A stretch of DNA of 64,000 bases from Spirochaetota bacterium (GTDB lineage Bacteria > Spirochaetota > Spirochaetia > SZUA-6). Below the pieces are notes generated by a model. That model saw nothing but the letters and a program-made list of their open reading frames with translations, had not been told where the DNA came from and did no database searches. A program made the position numbers and the translations under genes. The DNA is taken from assembly GCA_013151965.1 (NCBI GenBank), contig JAADHF010000131.1, positions 46,409 to 110,408 on the forward strand, given 5' to 3'. Positions 9,788 through 19,008 of the stretch are shown in pieces. The stretch's first letter is position 1. The number at the start of each line of letters is the position of its first letter.

Positions 9788-10789
9788 GTGAAAAAATATA
9801 TAACGATTATTTTTATTTTTTTAAGTCTTTTTCCTTTATCTGCTGAAAACAAAAGTATAACTATTACTAATTCAGAACTCAGTCCGTTTTATTTTGTAGT
9901 TGATCCGGAAGAATTGGCGGATATAAATCCGGCAGGTCCGGTACCGATATACGGATTGATTTCGAAATTTTTCGGCAGCACGGACAGAAGTATTGTATTC
10001 AGCAGGATCGATCCTGGAGAAACACAAACTATCAGGAACCTGTATCCCGGCGACCATTTAATAGTGGGCTTTTTTAAAAAGGAGAATGCATTAAGATATC
10101 CCGCAGGTGTATTCGGGATTACCGTCAGGTACGGAACATCCGGAGTAAATTACATTCTGCATGAAAAACCGGTACTGTTAACCGTGAGCAGTAACAGAGG
10201 AATCCTTAAGAATTATTTTATAAGCAGAGAGAATGAGTTTCCGGTTGCAGCCTCTGCTGAAGCTATGGCTGCCGCTTCTTTTACCGCAGGTTCTAAACCG
10301 TCATATTTTACATTAAATTACAGAGGCACAGATAGAGTCCATGCTATTTCGGATTCCGGATTCTGGGGAAAAGGAGGCACTAATTTACATTTTTTCAGGA
10401 TACTGGCTGTTAAGAGAGGCATTATTCCTCTTCGTCTCGAGTCCTATACGGGTTTTCTGGATAATGTATCCTATTTTTTATACTTCTATACTGTTCGGAA
10501 TACTAAAGAAACGAACAGATATACCATCGAGATTAAACCATTATTCAAGGGTTCTCCGAAGGGATTTATCGTACTATGGAGAAAGGGGATTAAGAATCCC
10601 GATATAATCGGGTTTACCAGAACAAACGGTTTAAATATGTACGGCGAAATCGATATTAAAAAGATTCCTGCAGGGTTATTTGATTTCCCTTCGAAAACCC
10701 TGTCCTTCGACCTGACATCCTGTTACTTCGATGAAGAAGAAGGGACTTACGAGGAGTTTTTTTTAGCTTCCATCCGGCTTACGAATTAG
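9788..10789 (+). CDS. Exported hypothetical protein
   Basis: 333-aa ORF with signal peptide MKKYITIIFIFLSLFPLSA; beta-rich; no family recognised. Confidence 0.7.
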   Translation: MKKYITIIFIFLSLFPLSAENKSITITNSELSPFYFVVDPEELADINPAGPVPIYGLISKFFGSTDRSIVFSRIDPGETQTIRNLYPGDHLIVGFFKKENALRYPAGVFGITVRYGTSGVNYILHEKPVLLTVSSNRGILKNYFISRENEFPVAASAEAMAAASFTAGSKPSYFTLNYRGTDRVHAISDSGFWGKGGTNLHFFRILAVKRGIIPLRLESYTGFLDNVSYFLYFYTVRNTKETNRYTIEIKPLFKGSPKGFIVLWRKGIKNPDIIGFTRTNGLNMYGEIDIKKIPAGLFDFPSKTLSFDLTSCYFDEEEGTYEEFFLASIRLTN

Positions 10790-10822
10790 AAAGATATTAT
10801 CCGGAGCCGGTGATGTCTCCTT

Positions 10823-11875
10823 TTATACATTGAACCTGATTACGACAACATCTCCGTCCTGCACTGTGTATGTTTTGCCTTCGAGCCGTATGGCGCCTTC
10901 TTTTTTTGCCTGCGAAAAACCGCCTGCTTTTAAGAGCTCTTCCCATTGAATTACCTCTGCGCGGATAAAACCCTTTTCCATATCGGAATGAATTTTCCCT
11001 GCCGCTTTCCGAATACTGCTTCCCCTGCTTACACTCCATGCTCTTACCTCGTCCTCGCCTGCTGTAAAAAAGCTTATAAGGTTAAGGGTTTTGTAGAGGT
11101 GGCGGATAAAGCGGTTTACTGCGGGTTCGGACAATCCGAGATCTGTTAAAAATTCCTGCTGATCCCCGGAAGCGAGCTGAGCAATATCCATCTCCAATTG
11201 TCCGCTGATAGTAAACAGAGACAGGCCTATGGATTCCGCTTTTGTTTTTAATCCGCTTATATCAGCTTTATTTTCTCCTGTATTTGCAATAATAATAACG
11301 GGCTTAACGGTTAAAAAACGGAAGCCCGATAGAACATTAAGCTCGTCGGGCGTAAGAAAGTCAGTCCCTAAAAACTCACCTTCGCTCAGTCTGTCATATA
11401 TCTTTTTTAAGATAAGATACTCTCTGTCTGCCTTTTTACCTTCACGTGCTATTCTATCCATTCTTTTCTCTACGATTTCATAGTCGCTGAAGATTAAAGA
11501 ATCGAGGATTTTCTGCAGGTCCCGTGGCGGATCGACTGTATCCAGCGGATGAGGAACCGCCCTGTCTTCGAAGGCACGAATGACAATTGTAACTGCATCG
11601 GCATTTCGAATTTCGCCCAGAGATTCAGGAAGAATGCCTTTTTGAGTATCAAACTGTACAGGGATATCCTTGACAAGTACCGATGCATGAACCTTCTTTT
11701 TCGGATGAAATAAATCGGTAAGTTTTTCTATCCTTTCGTCCGGTACTGCAACCTCCGACAGATTAACCTGTTTTTTACCCCCGGAGTATGAGGTTGTGGC
11801 GGCGGCAAGCCCTGTTAATGAATTAAATATTGTTGTTTTGCCCGATAAAGGCAGGCCGATTATTCCTGTTTCCAT
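10823..11875 (-). CDS. ychF: YchF/Ola1-family ATPase (divergent) with C-terminal TGS/DUF933 domain
   Basis: GIIGLPLSGKTT P-loop, VPDERI, FFTAGEDEVRAW, AAGKIHSDMEKGFIRAEV, RLEGKTYTVQDGD. Start ATG 11875 preferred over 11884 from the promoter position. Confidence 0.85.
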   Translation of the reverse strand: METGIIGLPLSGKTTIFNSLTGLAAATTSYSGGKKQVNLSEVAVPDERIEKLTDLFHPKKKVHASVLVKDIPVQFDTQKGILPESLGEIRNADAVTIVIRAFEDRAVPHPLDTVDPPRDLQKILDSLIFSDYEIVEKRMDRIAREGKKADREYLILKKIYDRLSEGEFLGTDFLTPDELNVLSGFRFLTVKPVIIIANTGENKADISGLKTKAESIGLSLFTISGQLEMDIAQLASGDQQEFLTDLGLSEPAVNRFIRHLYKTLNLISFFTAGEDEVRAWSVSRGSSIRKAAGKIHSDMEKGFIRAEVIQWEELLKAGGFSQAKKEGAIRLEGKTYTVQDGDVVVIRFNV

Positions 11876-11882
11876 GCTCCCC

Positions 11883-11911
11883 ATTTTAACTTTTATTATT
11901 TAGACTTACAA
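11883..11911 (-). promoter_or_regulatory. sigma70-type promoter of ychF (leaderless geometry)
   Basis: TTGTAA, 17 nt, TAAAAT, 7 nt, ATG (11875). Confidence 0.5.
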
Positions 11912-11953
11912 TCCCGTATGGAATATAAGATGCGGGGAAAGAAAAAAAATAGT

Positions 11954-11983
11954 TTTACACGATAAAAAAATTAAGTGTATAAT
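11954..11983 (+). promoter_or_regulatory. sigma70-type promoter of the amino-sugar operon, with a TACAC-N14-GTGTA inverted repeat
   Basis: TTTACA, 18 nt, TATAAT; GGAGG RBS before ATG 12013. Confidence 0.55.
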
Positions 11984-12012
11984 ACGGCGGATAACTATCG
12001 CCTGGAGGTACT

Positions 12013-12879
12013 ATGTTAAAGGGAATAAATTACTGGGCTTTCCCTCCGGATAACCGGGGGAAGCCGATAGATCCTCTGGAAGCCTTAAAAAAGGCAAAGG
12101 ATCTGGAGTATGATTGTTTTGAATTTACTGTAGAGGAGAAGGGTGCTGTTTCCCTCGATATGTCGGAAGGTGATGCCGAAAAAATAAGAGGCGCGGCAGA
12201 GGCAGCCGGAATAAGGTTGCTTACAGTAGCCTCGGGACTTTCCTGGATTTTTTCACCGACCGATCCGGAACAAGCGGTCCGCGAACAAGCGGTAAAAAAC
12301 AGTAAAAGGATACTTGAAATAGCGTCGTGGCTTGGTGCGGAATCGATTCTGTATGTGCCCGGTATGGTTTCTGCGGTTTTTATTCCGGATTTCGAACCTC
12401 AGCTGTACGATAATGTCGATAAGAGGGCCAAAGAATCCTTAAAACAGATTATTCCTCTTGCAGAGAAGTTACAGGTAAAAATAGGGATAGAAAATGTATG
12501 GAACAGGTTTCTTTTAAGTCCCGCGGAAATGAGGGGCTTTATAGATTATTTTGATTCTGAGTATTTAGGGTCATATTTCGATGTCGGCAATGTCCTGTTG
12601 TACGGACATCCTGAGCATTGGATTGAGATGCTGGGGAAGAGGATTTTTGCGGTTCATCTTAAGGATTTTCGTGTAAATACCGGAAACCTGGATGGTTTTG
12701 TGGATCTCCTCGACGGAGATGTGAACTACCGGTCGGTTATGGCTGAGTTTGTAAAACTCGGATATAATGGTCCCTTTACTGCCGAAATAGTTCCCGGCAG
12801 AGAGGGTGCGGCGGAAAAAGCTATCGTTTCGATGAAGATAATAGAGAAGATGAGGGGGGAGGGAAAACGTAATGGTTAA
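12013..12879 (+). CDS. Sugar-phosphate isomerase/epimerase (xylose-isomerase-like TIM barrel)
   Basis: IGIENVWNRFLLSP, YFDVGN, VHLKDF, GDVNY, TAE metal-binding motifs. Confidence 0.85.
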   Translation: MLKGINYWAFPPDNRGKPIDPLEALKKAKDLEYDCFEFTVEEKGAVSLDMSEGDAEKIRGAAEAAGIRLLTVASGLSWIFSPTDPEQAVREQAVKNSKRILEIASWLGAESILYVPGMVSAVFIPDFEPQLYDNVDKRAKESLKQIIPLAEKLQVKIGIENVWNRFLLSPAEMRGFIDYFDSEYLGSYFDVGNVLLYGHPEHWIEMLGKRIFAVHLKDFRVNTGNLDGFVDLLDGDVNYRSVMAEFVKLGYNGPFTAEIVPGREGAAEKAIVSMKIIEKMRGEGKRNG

Positions 12880-13891
12880 AGTTGCACTTGCCGGTCTCGG
12901 ATTTATGGGGAAAATGCATCTTGGTATTTACCTGAACAAATTGGAGGGTGTGGAAGTTGCCGCCCTGTGTGATGTAAATAACGGGGCGCTTAATATAAAA
13001 AGCCTCGATGCCGGGGGAAATATAGAAACGGATGGTGCGGAAATAGACCTTTCCGGCATAAGGAAGTACCCGGATTATAAGGAGATGCTTAAGGACGGCG
13101 GATTCGATTTTGTCGATATCTGTCTTCCAACGTATTTGCACGCGGATGCGGCTGTAGATGCCATGGATGCGGGTTTTCATGTTTTCTGTGAAAAACCTAT
13201 GGCAATTTCTGTTAAGGAAGCGGAGAGGATTGTTGATAAGGTTCATGAAACCGGAAAACTTTTCAGCGTGGGGCAATGCTTAAGATACTGGCCTGCCTAT
13301 ACCGAGATAAAACGGCTCATCGACAGCGGGAAATACGGTAAGGTAAGGTATGCGGAGTTTGCACGCTTTTCCATGACCCCCACGTGGACACGGGATAACT
13401 GGATATTAGACGGCAGACTTTCCGGGAATGCCGCACTGGATCTGCATATACACGATGTGGATATGATCCTGTTTCTCTTCGGAAAACCTGAAGGATTAAA
13501 GTCGAACGGGATAGCGGAAAAAGACGGAAGCATTTCTCATATTACAACACTCTATCAGTACCGGGACAAAGTGGTAACTTCTTCCGGCGGCTGGATATGT
13601 TCCGGCAGTTTCGGATTTAATATGCGTGCCATGTATATACTGGAAAAGGCAACTGTAGAGCTGGATTTTTCCAGAAATCCGGTTGTAATGGTATATCCCG
13701 GCGAGGGAGAAAAATATCCTCTGCCGCTTGCAGAAGGCGACGGCTATTACTATGAACTGCGTAATTTCGCGGAGAATGTGGCAGCAGGCAGTTTTTCGGG
13801 CACTGTAACGCCGGAATCCGCGCTGGAATCCGTTCGTGTCTGTTTTGCAGAGATCGATTCTGCAAAGAGGAATAAAGAAACCAGGATTTAA
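12872..13891 (+). CDS. Gfo/Idh/MocA-family NAD(P) oxidoreductase
   Basis: GLGFMG Rossmann motif, DICLPTYLH, CEKP, DLHIHD. Confidence 0.9.
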   Translation: MVKVALAGLGFMGKMHLGIYLNKLEGVEVAALCDVNNGALNIKSLDAGGNIETDGAEIDLSGIRKYPDYKEMLKDGGFDFVDICLPTYLHADAAVDAMDAGFHVFCEKPMAISVKEAERIVDKVHETGKLFSVGQCLRYWPAYTEIKRLIDSGKYGKVRYAEFARFSMTPTWTRDNWILDGRLSGNAALDLHIHDVDMILFLFGKPEGLKSNGIAEKDGSISHITTLYQYRDKVVTSSGGWICSGSFGFNMRAMYILEKATVELDFSRNPVVMVYPGEGEKYPLPLAEGDGYYYELRNFAENVAAGSFSGTVTPESALESVRVCFAEIDSAKRNKETRI

Positions 13892-13909
13892 AGAAACAAG
13901 GAGAATTCC

Positions 13910-14611
13910 ATGAGAATAATGGCAGTCGGGGCGCATCCGGATGACCTGGAGATCCTCTGCAGCGGAACGCTGGCGAGGTTTGTGCGGGAAGGGCATGAGC
14001 TTGTTATGTGCCATGCATTAAACGGGAATTTAGGTCATACGGAAATACCAAGAGATGAACTAAGAGATATAAGAAGGGAGGAAGCTGAGAATGCAGCTTC
14101 TGTTATAGGGGCGGAATCGATAACGCTGGATATAGATGATCTGGATATATATCCTGTTAAGGATGCCAGATATAAAATGATAGAGGCCGTCAGAAAAGCA
14201 AAGCCGGATATTATTATCCTTCCCGATCCGGCCGACTACATGCCCGATCATACGATTACTTCCGCTGTCGGATTTGATGCAAGTTTTATGGCGACATTAC
14301 CGCAGCTTATTACCAGGTCGCCTGCGCACCGGAAACTGACGCCTATATACTATATGGATACTCTTGCGGGATTTAATTTTAATCCTGAAGAGTTTGTAGA
14401 TATTTCGGAGACGGAAGGAATTAAAAGAGAAATGATTGCATGTCATAAGAGCCAGGCGCAATGGCTCAAAGAACATGATAATATCGATTACGTCGAGTTT
14501 GCCATGGTGCAGTCCGCATTCAGGGGTATGCAGTGCGGTGTAAAATATGCGGAGGCTTTTAGACAGATGAGGGTATGGGGCAGGGTTACAACCAGGCGTT
14601 ATCTGCCCTGA
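13910..14611 (+). CDS. PIG-L/LmbE-family N-acetyl sugar deacetylase
   Basis: AHPDDLE, RREEA, DYMPDH, CHKSQ, YAEAF. Confidence 0.9.
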   Translation: MRIMAVGAHPDDLEILCSGTLARFVREGHELVMCHALNGNLGHTEIPRDELRDIRREEAENAASVIGAESITLDIDDLDIYPVKDARYKMIEAVRKAKPDIIILPDPADYMPDHTITSAVGFDASFMATLPQLITRSPAHRKLTPIYYMDTLAGFNFNPEEFVDISETEGIKREMIACHKSQAQWLKEHDNIDYVEFAMVQSAFRGMQCGVKYAEAFRQMRVWGRVTTRRYLP

Positions 14612-14651
14612 CTGGTGCGGAGAATAAAAATTGTAAGGGGAGTTAAAAAAA

Positions 14652-15608
14652 ATGGAATATAATCTGCTTAATACTATAAACGGTTCATTACTGGAAAATT
14701 TCTTTCCCGGGGGATGGGATTTAAAAAAAATAGATCGCTGTATATCGGATAAACCCGGTGACATCTTTGCGCCTCAGAATTGGTGGAACAGGGATTTTGC
14801 ACCTGTAAGCTGTAATACGCTTGCGGATTTTAATACGTTTATGGGGCATGAAATTGCGATGAATATTCGACGTTCCAAAGAAGCCGGACGGCAGCTTGTA
14901 ATGATTCTGCCTGTAGGGCCGATGGGTATGTACCGCTGGGCTATATTTTTCCTGAAGGAATGGGGTATATCCGCTGAACATGTTTTCGGTTTTAATATGG
15001 ACGAATGGTCAGATGCGGAGGGTAATACGCTGCCTCCGTCCAATCCGGCTTCGTTCAAGTATGCCATGGAAAATGCATTTTACGGACCTCTGGGTCAGTA
15101 CACGATCCCGGAAGCCCATAGAAATTTCGCTACAAGAGATAATCTTCCCCGATATCCGGAAAAAATTCAAAATCTACTCGATAAAGGAGCGGAACTTACC
15201 GTTGTTTTCGGTGTCGGAAGAGTTTTTCATATTGCTTTCTGGGAGCCGCACTTTGCCGCCCTGTTTTCTTCGGAAGAAGAATGGAAAAAACAGACTCACA
15301 GGCTCGGAGCAAAGCTGCATCCGCTGACAATCGAGCAGAATGCATTTACAAGTTTTAAGAGCAGAACGACATTGGTTCCGGCCTATGCAAATACGATAGG
15401 CCCCGGGATTTTTCTAAAGGCCGGCTGGATAATCGGGGGATGTGATGGCGCTTTCGGCCGGGGAATGCAGTGGCAGGGTTTAAGTTTATGGGTAACACTC
15501 CGTTACGGGCCTGATATGTGGGTGCCTTCGAGTTTTATGCCCACTCTTCCCGGCAAGCTCTTTTTCTTAAAGGAACTGGCAGGTCCGCTAGAGGCTGAGT
15601 GTAATTAG
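14652..15608 (+). CDS. Glucosamine-6-phosphate isomerase/deaminase-like protein (divergent NagB family)
   Basis: [29 protein letters not shown] (compare NagB FNMDEY and GIGxNGHIAFNEP). Confidence 0.75.
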   Translation: MEYNLLNTINGSLLENFFPGGWDLKKIDRCISDKPGDIFAPQNWWNRDFAPVSCNTLADFNTFMGHEIAMNIRRSKEAGRQLVMILPVGPMGMYRWAIFFLKEWGISAEHVFGFNMDEWSDAEGNTLPPSNPASFKYAMENAFYGPLGQYTIPEAHRNFATRDNLPRYPEKIQNLLDKGAELTVVFGVGRVFHIAFWEPHFAALFSSEEEWKKQTHRLGAKLHPLTIEQNAFTSFKSRTTLVPAYANTIGPGIFLKAGWIIGGCDGAFGRGMQWQGLSLWVTLRYGPDMWVPSSFMPTLPGKLFFLKELAGPLEAECN

Positions 15609-15616
15609 AAGAGGTT

Positions 15617-15979
15617 TTGAAAACACGTTTTTACTGTGAAAATTGCGGCGGAGAGGTGCCCTTTAATGCTGAAGTCTGCCCTTACTGCGGCAGGCTGTTC
15701 AGCGGTGTTAAATGTCCTATCTGCGGATTCGAAGAGAAACCCGCACTCTTTACCGAAGGGTGTCCCCAATGCGGTTATATGAGTGTTAATCTTAAAGACC
15801 TGGAACAGGGTAAGGGTGTAAAGGAAAAACTTTCCGGAAAACATTCCGGAAAAAACGGAAAGCCTGCGTCGAAATTTAATAAAAAGCACCCGTTTATTTC
15901 TCCGGTTCTTTTTAAGGCAGCTCTGTTGATTCTGGGCTTTCTCCTGATTTTTTTTATTTTTTTGCTCTTTAAGGTTTGA
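15617..15979 (+). CDS. Double zinc-ribbon protein with C-terminal membrane anchor
   Basis: Four CxxC pairs (CENC, CPYC, CPIC, CPQC), basic linker, C-terminal TM; TTG start after GAGG. Confidence 0.75.
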   Translation: MKTRFYCENCGGEVPFNAEVCPYCGRLFSGVKCPICGFEEKPALFTEGCPQCGYMSVNLKDLEQGKGVKEKLSGKHSGKNGKPASKFNKKHPFISPVLFKAALLILGFLLIFFIFLLFKV

Positions 15980-16005
15980 AAGAGGTACATAAAATCTGTT
16001 ATAGT
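15976..16005 (+). promoter_or_regulatory. sigma70 promoter (extended -10) of citrate synthase
   Basis: TTGAAA, 18 nt, TATAGT preceded by TGn; AAGGAGG RBS before 16028. Confidence 0.5.
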
Positions 16006-16027
16006 CAGGGTAAGGAAAGGAGGCGCT

Positions 16028-17167
16028 ATGACCGAAAAAGAAAGAATTATACCCGGTCTTGATGGAGTACCTATTGCGAAGTCGACAATATCTTTTATTG
16101 ACGGAGAGAAGGGAATCCTGGAGTATCGGGGGTTCCCGATTCAGGAGCTTGTGGAAAAAAGTTCTTTTGAGGAGAATTCATTCCTGCTTCTGAAGGGGAG
16201 ACTTCCTACAAAATCGGAACTGAAAGAATTTGATGAACAGCTCAAGGAGAACAGGGAGCTTAAGTTCCGCTTTATCGATATCTTAAAAGCTTTTCCCGAG
16301 GCCGGCCATCCTATGAATGTTCTGCAGGCAAGCGTTGCAATCCTGGGTATGTATTATCCCATTAACGATGTGGAAGATGAAAAAGAGGTAGAACGGGCAA
16401 TTATCATACTGCTTGCAAAAATACCGACAATTATTGCAGCATGGAACAGGATACGTCATGGTTTTGAGCCATTGGCTCCGAGAAATGATCTGTCTCATTC
16501 CGCCAATTTCCTCTATATGATTCTTGGCAAAGAGCCTGATGTTAAAATGACAAATGTTATGGATGCTTCGCTTATATGCCATGCAGATCATACAATGAAT
16601 GCCTCCACCTTTACGGCACGGGTTGTTACCTCGACACAGGCAAAGCCGCATGCTGTTATATCTTCTGCAATCGGTGCTCTATCCGGCCCGCTGCACGGCG
16701 GTGCAAATGAACATGTGGTAAAAATGCTGCGGTCCATAGGTTCGGTGGAAAATGTACGTCCCTATATTCAAAATATGATACGTTCGGGAAGCAAGATAAT
16801 GGGGCTGGGGCACAGGGTTTACAAGGTAAAGGACCCGAGGGCCAAAATTCTGCAGAAACTTGCCGAACTGTACTTTGCCACACACAACTCCACGCCTCTC
16901 TTTGATGTTGCGAAGGAGGTGGAAAAATATGCGGTAAGTATTCTTAAAGATAAAAAGATATACCCTAATGTGGATTTTTACTCCGGAATAGTCTATGAAA
17001 GAATGGGAATACCTACGGACTTCTATACACCCATCTTTGTCATGGCCCGAACCGTCGGCTGGCTTGCTCACTGGAGAGAACAGCTTGCAGGCAACAGGAT
17101 ATTCAGACCGACGCAAATTTATATAGGCGAGCACGGGAAAAAGTACATTCCTGTGGATCAGCGATAA
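16028..17167 (+). CDS. gltA: Citrate synthase (dimeric type)
   Basis: HADHTMNASTF, GPLHGGANE, MGLGHRVYK, DPRA, YPNVDFYSG. Confidence 0.93.
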   Translation: MTEKERIIPGLDGVPIAKSTISFIDGEKGILEYRGFPIQELVEKSSFEENSFLLLKGRLPTKSELKEFDEQLKENRELKFRFIDILKAFPEAGHPMNVLQASVAILGMYYPINDVEDEKEVERAIIILLAKIPTIIAAWNRIRHGFEPLAPRNDLSHSANFLYMILGKEPDVKMTNVMDASLICHADHTMNASTFTARVVTSTQAKPHAVISSAIGALSGPLHGGANEHVVKMLRSIGSVENVRPYIQNMIRSGSKIMGLGHRVYKVKDPRAKILQKLAELYFATHNSTPLFDVAKEVEKYAVSILKDKKIYPNVDFYSGIVYERMGIPTDFYTPIFVMARTVGWLAHWREQLAGNRIFRPTQIYIGEHGKKYIPVDQR

Positions 17168-17188
17168 TTCTAATAAGAGAGCAGAGTT

Positions 17189-17206
17189 CCACGGGCTTGC
17201 CCGTGG
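17189..17206. repeat. GC-rich palindrome CCACGGGC-TT-GCCCGTGG between convergent genes (REP / IS200-IS605-end-like hairpin; may also aid termination)
   Basis: Perfect 8-bp inverted repeat without a U-tract, in context GCAGAGTT...GGTATCC. Confidence 0.55.
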
Positions 17207-17218
17207 GGTATCCGGATC

Positions 17219-18886
17219 TTAATAGACAAAAGAAATACCGCCTCCGGAGAAGAGGTAGAAATTCTGTATCGATTCGAATTCCCCTGCAGCAATAAACGAA
17301 AGGAAGAGCCGTGTGCCGGGAAGCATCCAGTTTATCTCTGCTCCTGCCTGGAGGGGCAAGTCTGCAAATTTAAATGCAGTAAACGGAGCCGACCGCAGAG
17401 AAGCTGATATTCCGGCTGTCAGTGAGCCGAAGTCGAGCAGGATGCCTGCCTGTTGATAGAGCCATGAGAATAGCCCTGCAGTACCTGTGATATTTTTATC
17501 ATCGGGATAAATAACAGGAAAAGGGGCAAGTATTATTCCGGGGGAATAGACCAGGTTAAAAAATCCTGCGGATAACTGAAGCGGTATTCCTGCTGAAATA
17601 CCTGTACTGTTGGCAAATCTGTCCGTTGTAGTGCCCTCTTGATAGGAAGCCTTTATAAATAAGCCGGCATTAAAACTTAACGGTGACCGCAGACGGACTA
17701 TCCGCCTTTTTAAAGATATACTTGCACCCATAGGTATATTATCCGTATTTCCCAGGATAAGGCTGCCCAGAATATTCAGTTCATATTCTCTTCCGATTCC
17801 AAAGCGCATCGAAAGATCTGCGGGAGCTGTAAAAACCGGTACTTCATCGACAGGTTCCAGGTGGCCGGTTAATATGAAGGATATCTGTAAATCACCGAAG
17901 GGAAGAATCGCCGCAGTTGGAGAATAGAGAAGCCCGGAAGTACCGTTCCACAAAGTACGGTATCCTATCATAACTGAACTGTCGATAGTTATACTGATTG
18001 TTTCGGTTTCGGTAACGGATGAATCCTTCGATTTGCCTGTAAGCACGACCCTGTATGTGCCGTCGGGCAGCGGTTTGCCCTTTATGTCTCTCCCTTTCCA
18101 CATTAGATGCTGGTTCCATGAGGAGAAAGATTTGAATTCTTTGTTAAATACAACAGTATCACTGCTATTGTAAATTTTAATATTCCCTGTTCCCCATGAT
18201 GTAACCTTAAATGACAGTTTTACATTCCCCGTTAGCCCCGGGTTTGCGGGGTTAAAAACATCACGGGATGATGCAAGGCCCGATATGTGGAATTTTGCTT
18301 TTTCCAGGGCAGCATTAATATTAAATACTTCATTTTCATTAACCTGAAGTTCCTTTGTATAATCGTTGTAGCCGAAGAGACGAATATCCAATGAGTACCT
18401 GCCTACCGGAAGTTCGTGCATTCCTTCGGACAGAAGCTGACCGTCCAGCTCTATCGATGCTTCGGAGGGTGTCACTTTTATAAAAAGGTAACCGGTTATC
18501 CGCTTTAAATCGGTAGTATAGATTAGAAGACCGCCTTTGTAGTCTATGCTTACAGCCTTACTGTAGTATCCCTCCTTACGGATGATCAGCCTGTAATTTC
18601 CCGTTTCCATATCTTCTATTAAAATGGGTGTTGTTCCCATGTACTTGTTATCGATAAACAGTTCGGCGTTATCCGGATTGGTAACTATTTTTAATCCCCT
18701 TTTCCCGGATTTTTCTGCTTCGGAACTGCTGTTTTCCTTGCCCTTCGTTTCCTTGGTACCGGACTGGCCTTTAGCGGATTTTTCCTGTTTTACTATGTCT
18801 GTATATAGAGATCCTCTGGAAGTAGTGCAGGAAAAAAGAAATAAAAGTAAAATAATGTATATGATATACATAATGTATTTTTTCAT
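17219..18886 (-). CDS. Lipoprotein with PEGA domains, a FlgD-type Ig domain and a C-terminal beta-rich/barrel region
   Basis: Lipobox LFSC; PEGA (TNPDNAELFID..GTTP); FlgD-Ig (FNPANP...WKGRDIKGKPLPDGTY); ends GISFVY. Confidence 0.8.
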   Translation of the reverse strand: MKKYIMYIIYIILLLFLFSCTTSRGSLYTDIVKQEKSAKGQSGTKETKGKENSSSEAEKSGKRGLKIVTNPDNAELFIDNKYMGTTPILIEDMETGNYRLIIRKEGYYSKAVSIDYKGGLLIYTTDLKRITGYLFIKVTPSEASIELDGQLLSEGMHELPVGRYSLDIRLFGYNDYTKELQVNENEVFNINAALEKAKFHISGLASSRDVFNPANPGLTGNVKLSFKVTSWGTGNIKIYNSSDTVVFNKEFKSFSSWNQHLMWKGRDIKGKPLPDGTYRVVLTGKSKDSSVTETETISITIDSSVMIGYRTLWNGTSGLLYSPTAAILPFGDLQISFILTGHLEPVDEVPVFTAPADLSMRFGIGREYELNILGSLILGNTDNIPMGASISLKRRIVRLRSPLSFNAGLFIKASYQEGTTTDRFANSTGISAGIPLQLSAGFFNLVYSPGIILAPFPVIYPDDKNITGTAGLFSWLYQQAGILLDFGSLTAGISASLRSAPFTAFKFADLPLQAGAEINWMLPGTRLFLSFIAAGEFESIQNFYLFSGGGISFVY

Positions 18887-18950
18887 GACACTACCGATTA
18901 TAATCCGAAGGCACGGGAGTAATCAATTAAAAATGATAATTAATTTACTA

Positions 18951-18980
18951 TTGCATAATAATGTTTTTAACCGATACAAT
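18951..18980 (+). promoter_or_regulatory. sigma70 promoter of the K+ channel operon
   Basis: TTGCAT, 18 nt, TACAAT. It overlaps ATG 18961, so the real start is probably ATG 19009. Confidence 0.5.
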
Positions 18981-19008
18981 AAGTGATAAGCAAGTTATAA
19001 GGGCCGGT

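Noticed and set aside
12267-12292. Short direct repeat GAACAAGCGGT x2
   Set aside because: An in-frame EQAV-R-EQAV coding duplication with only two copies.
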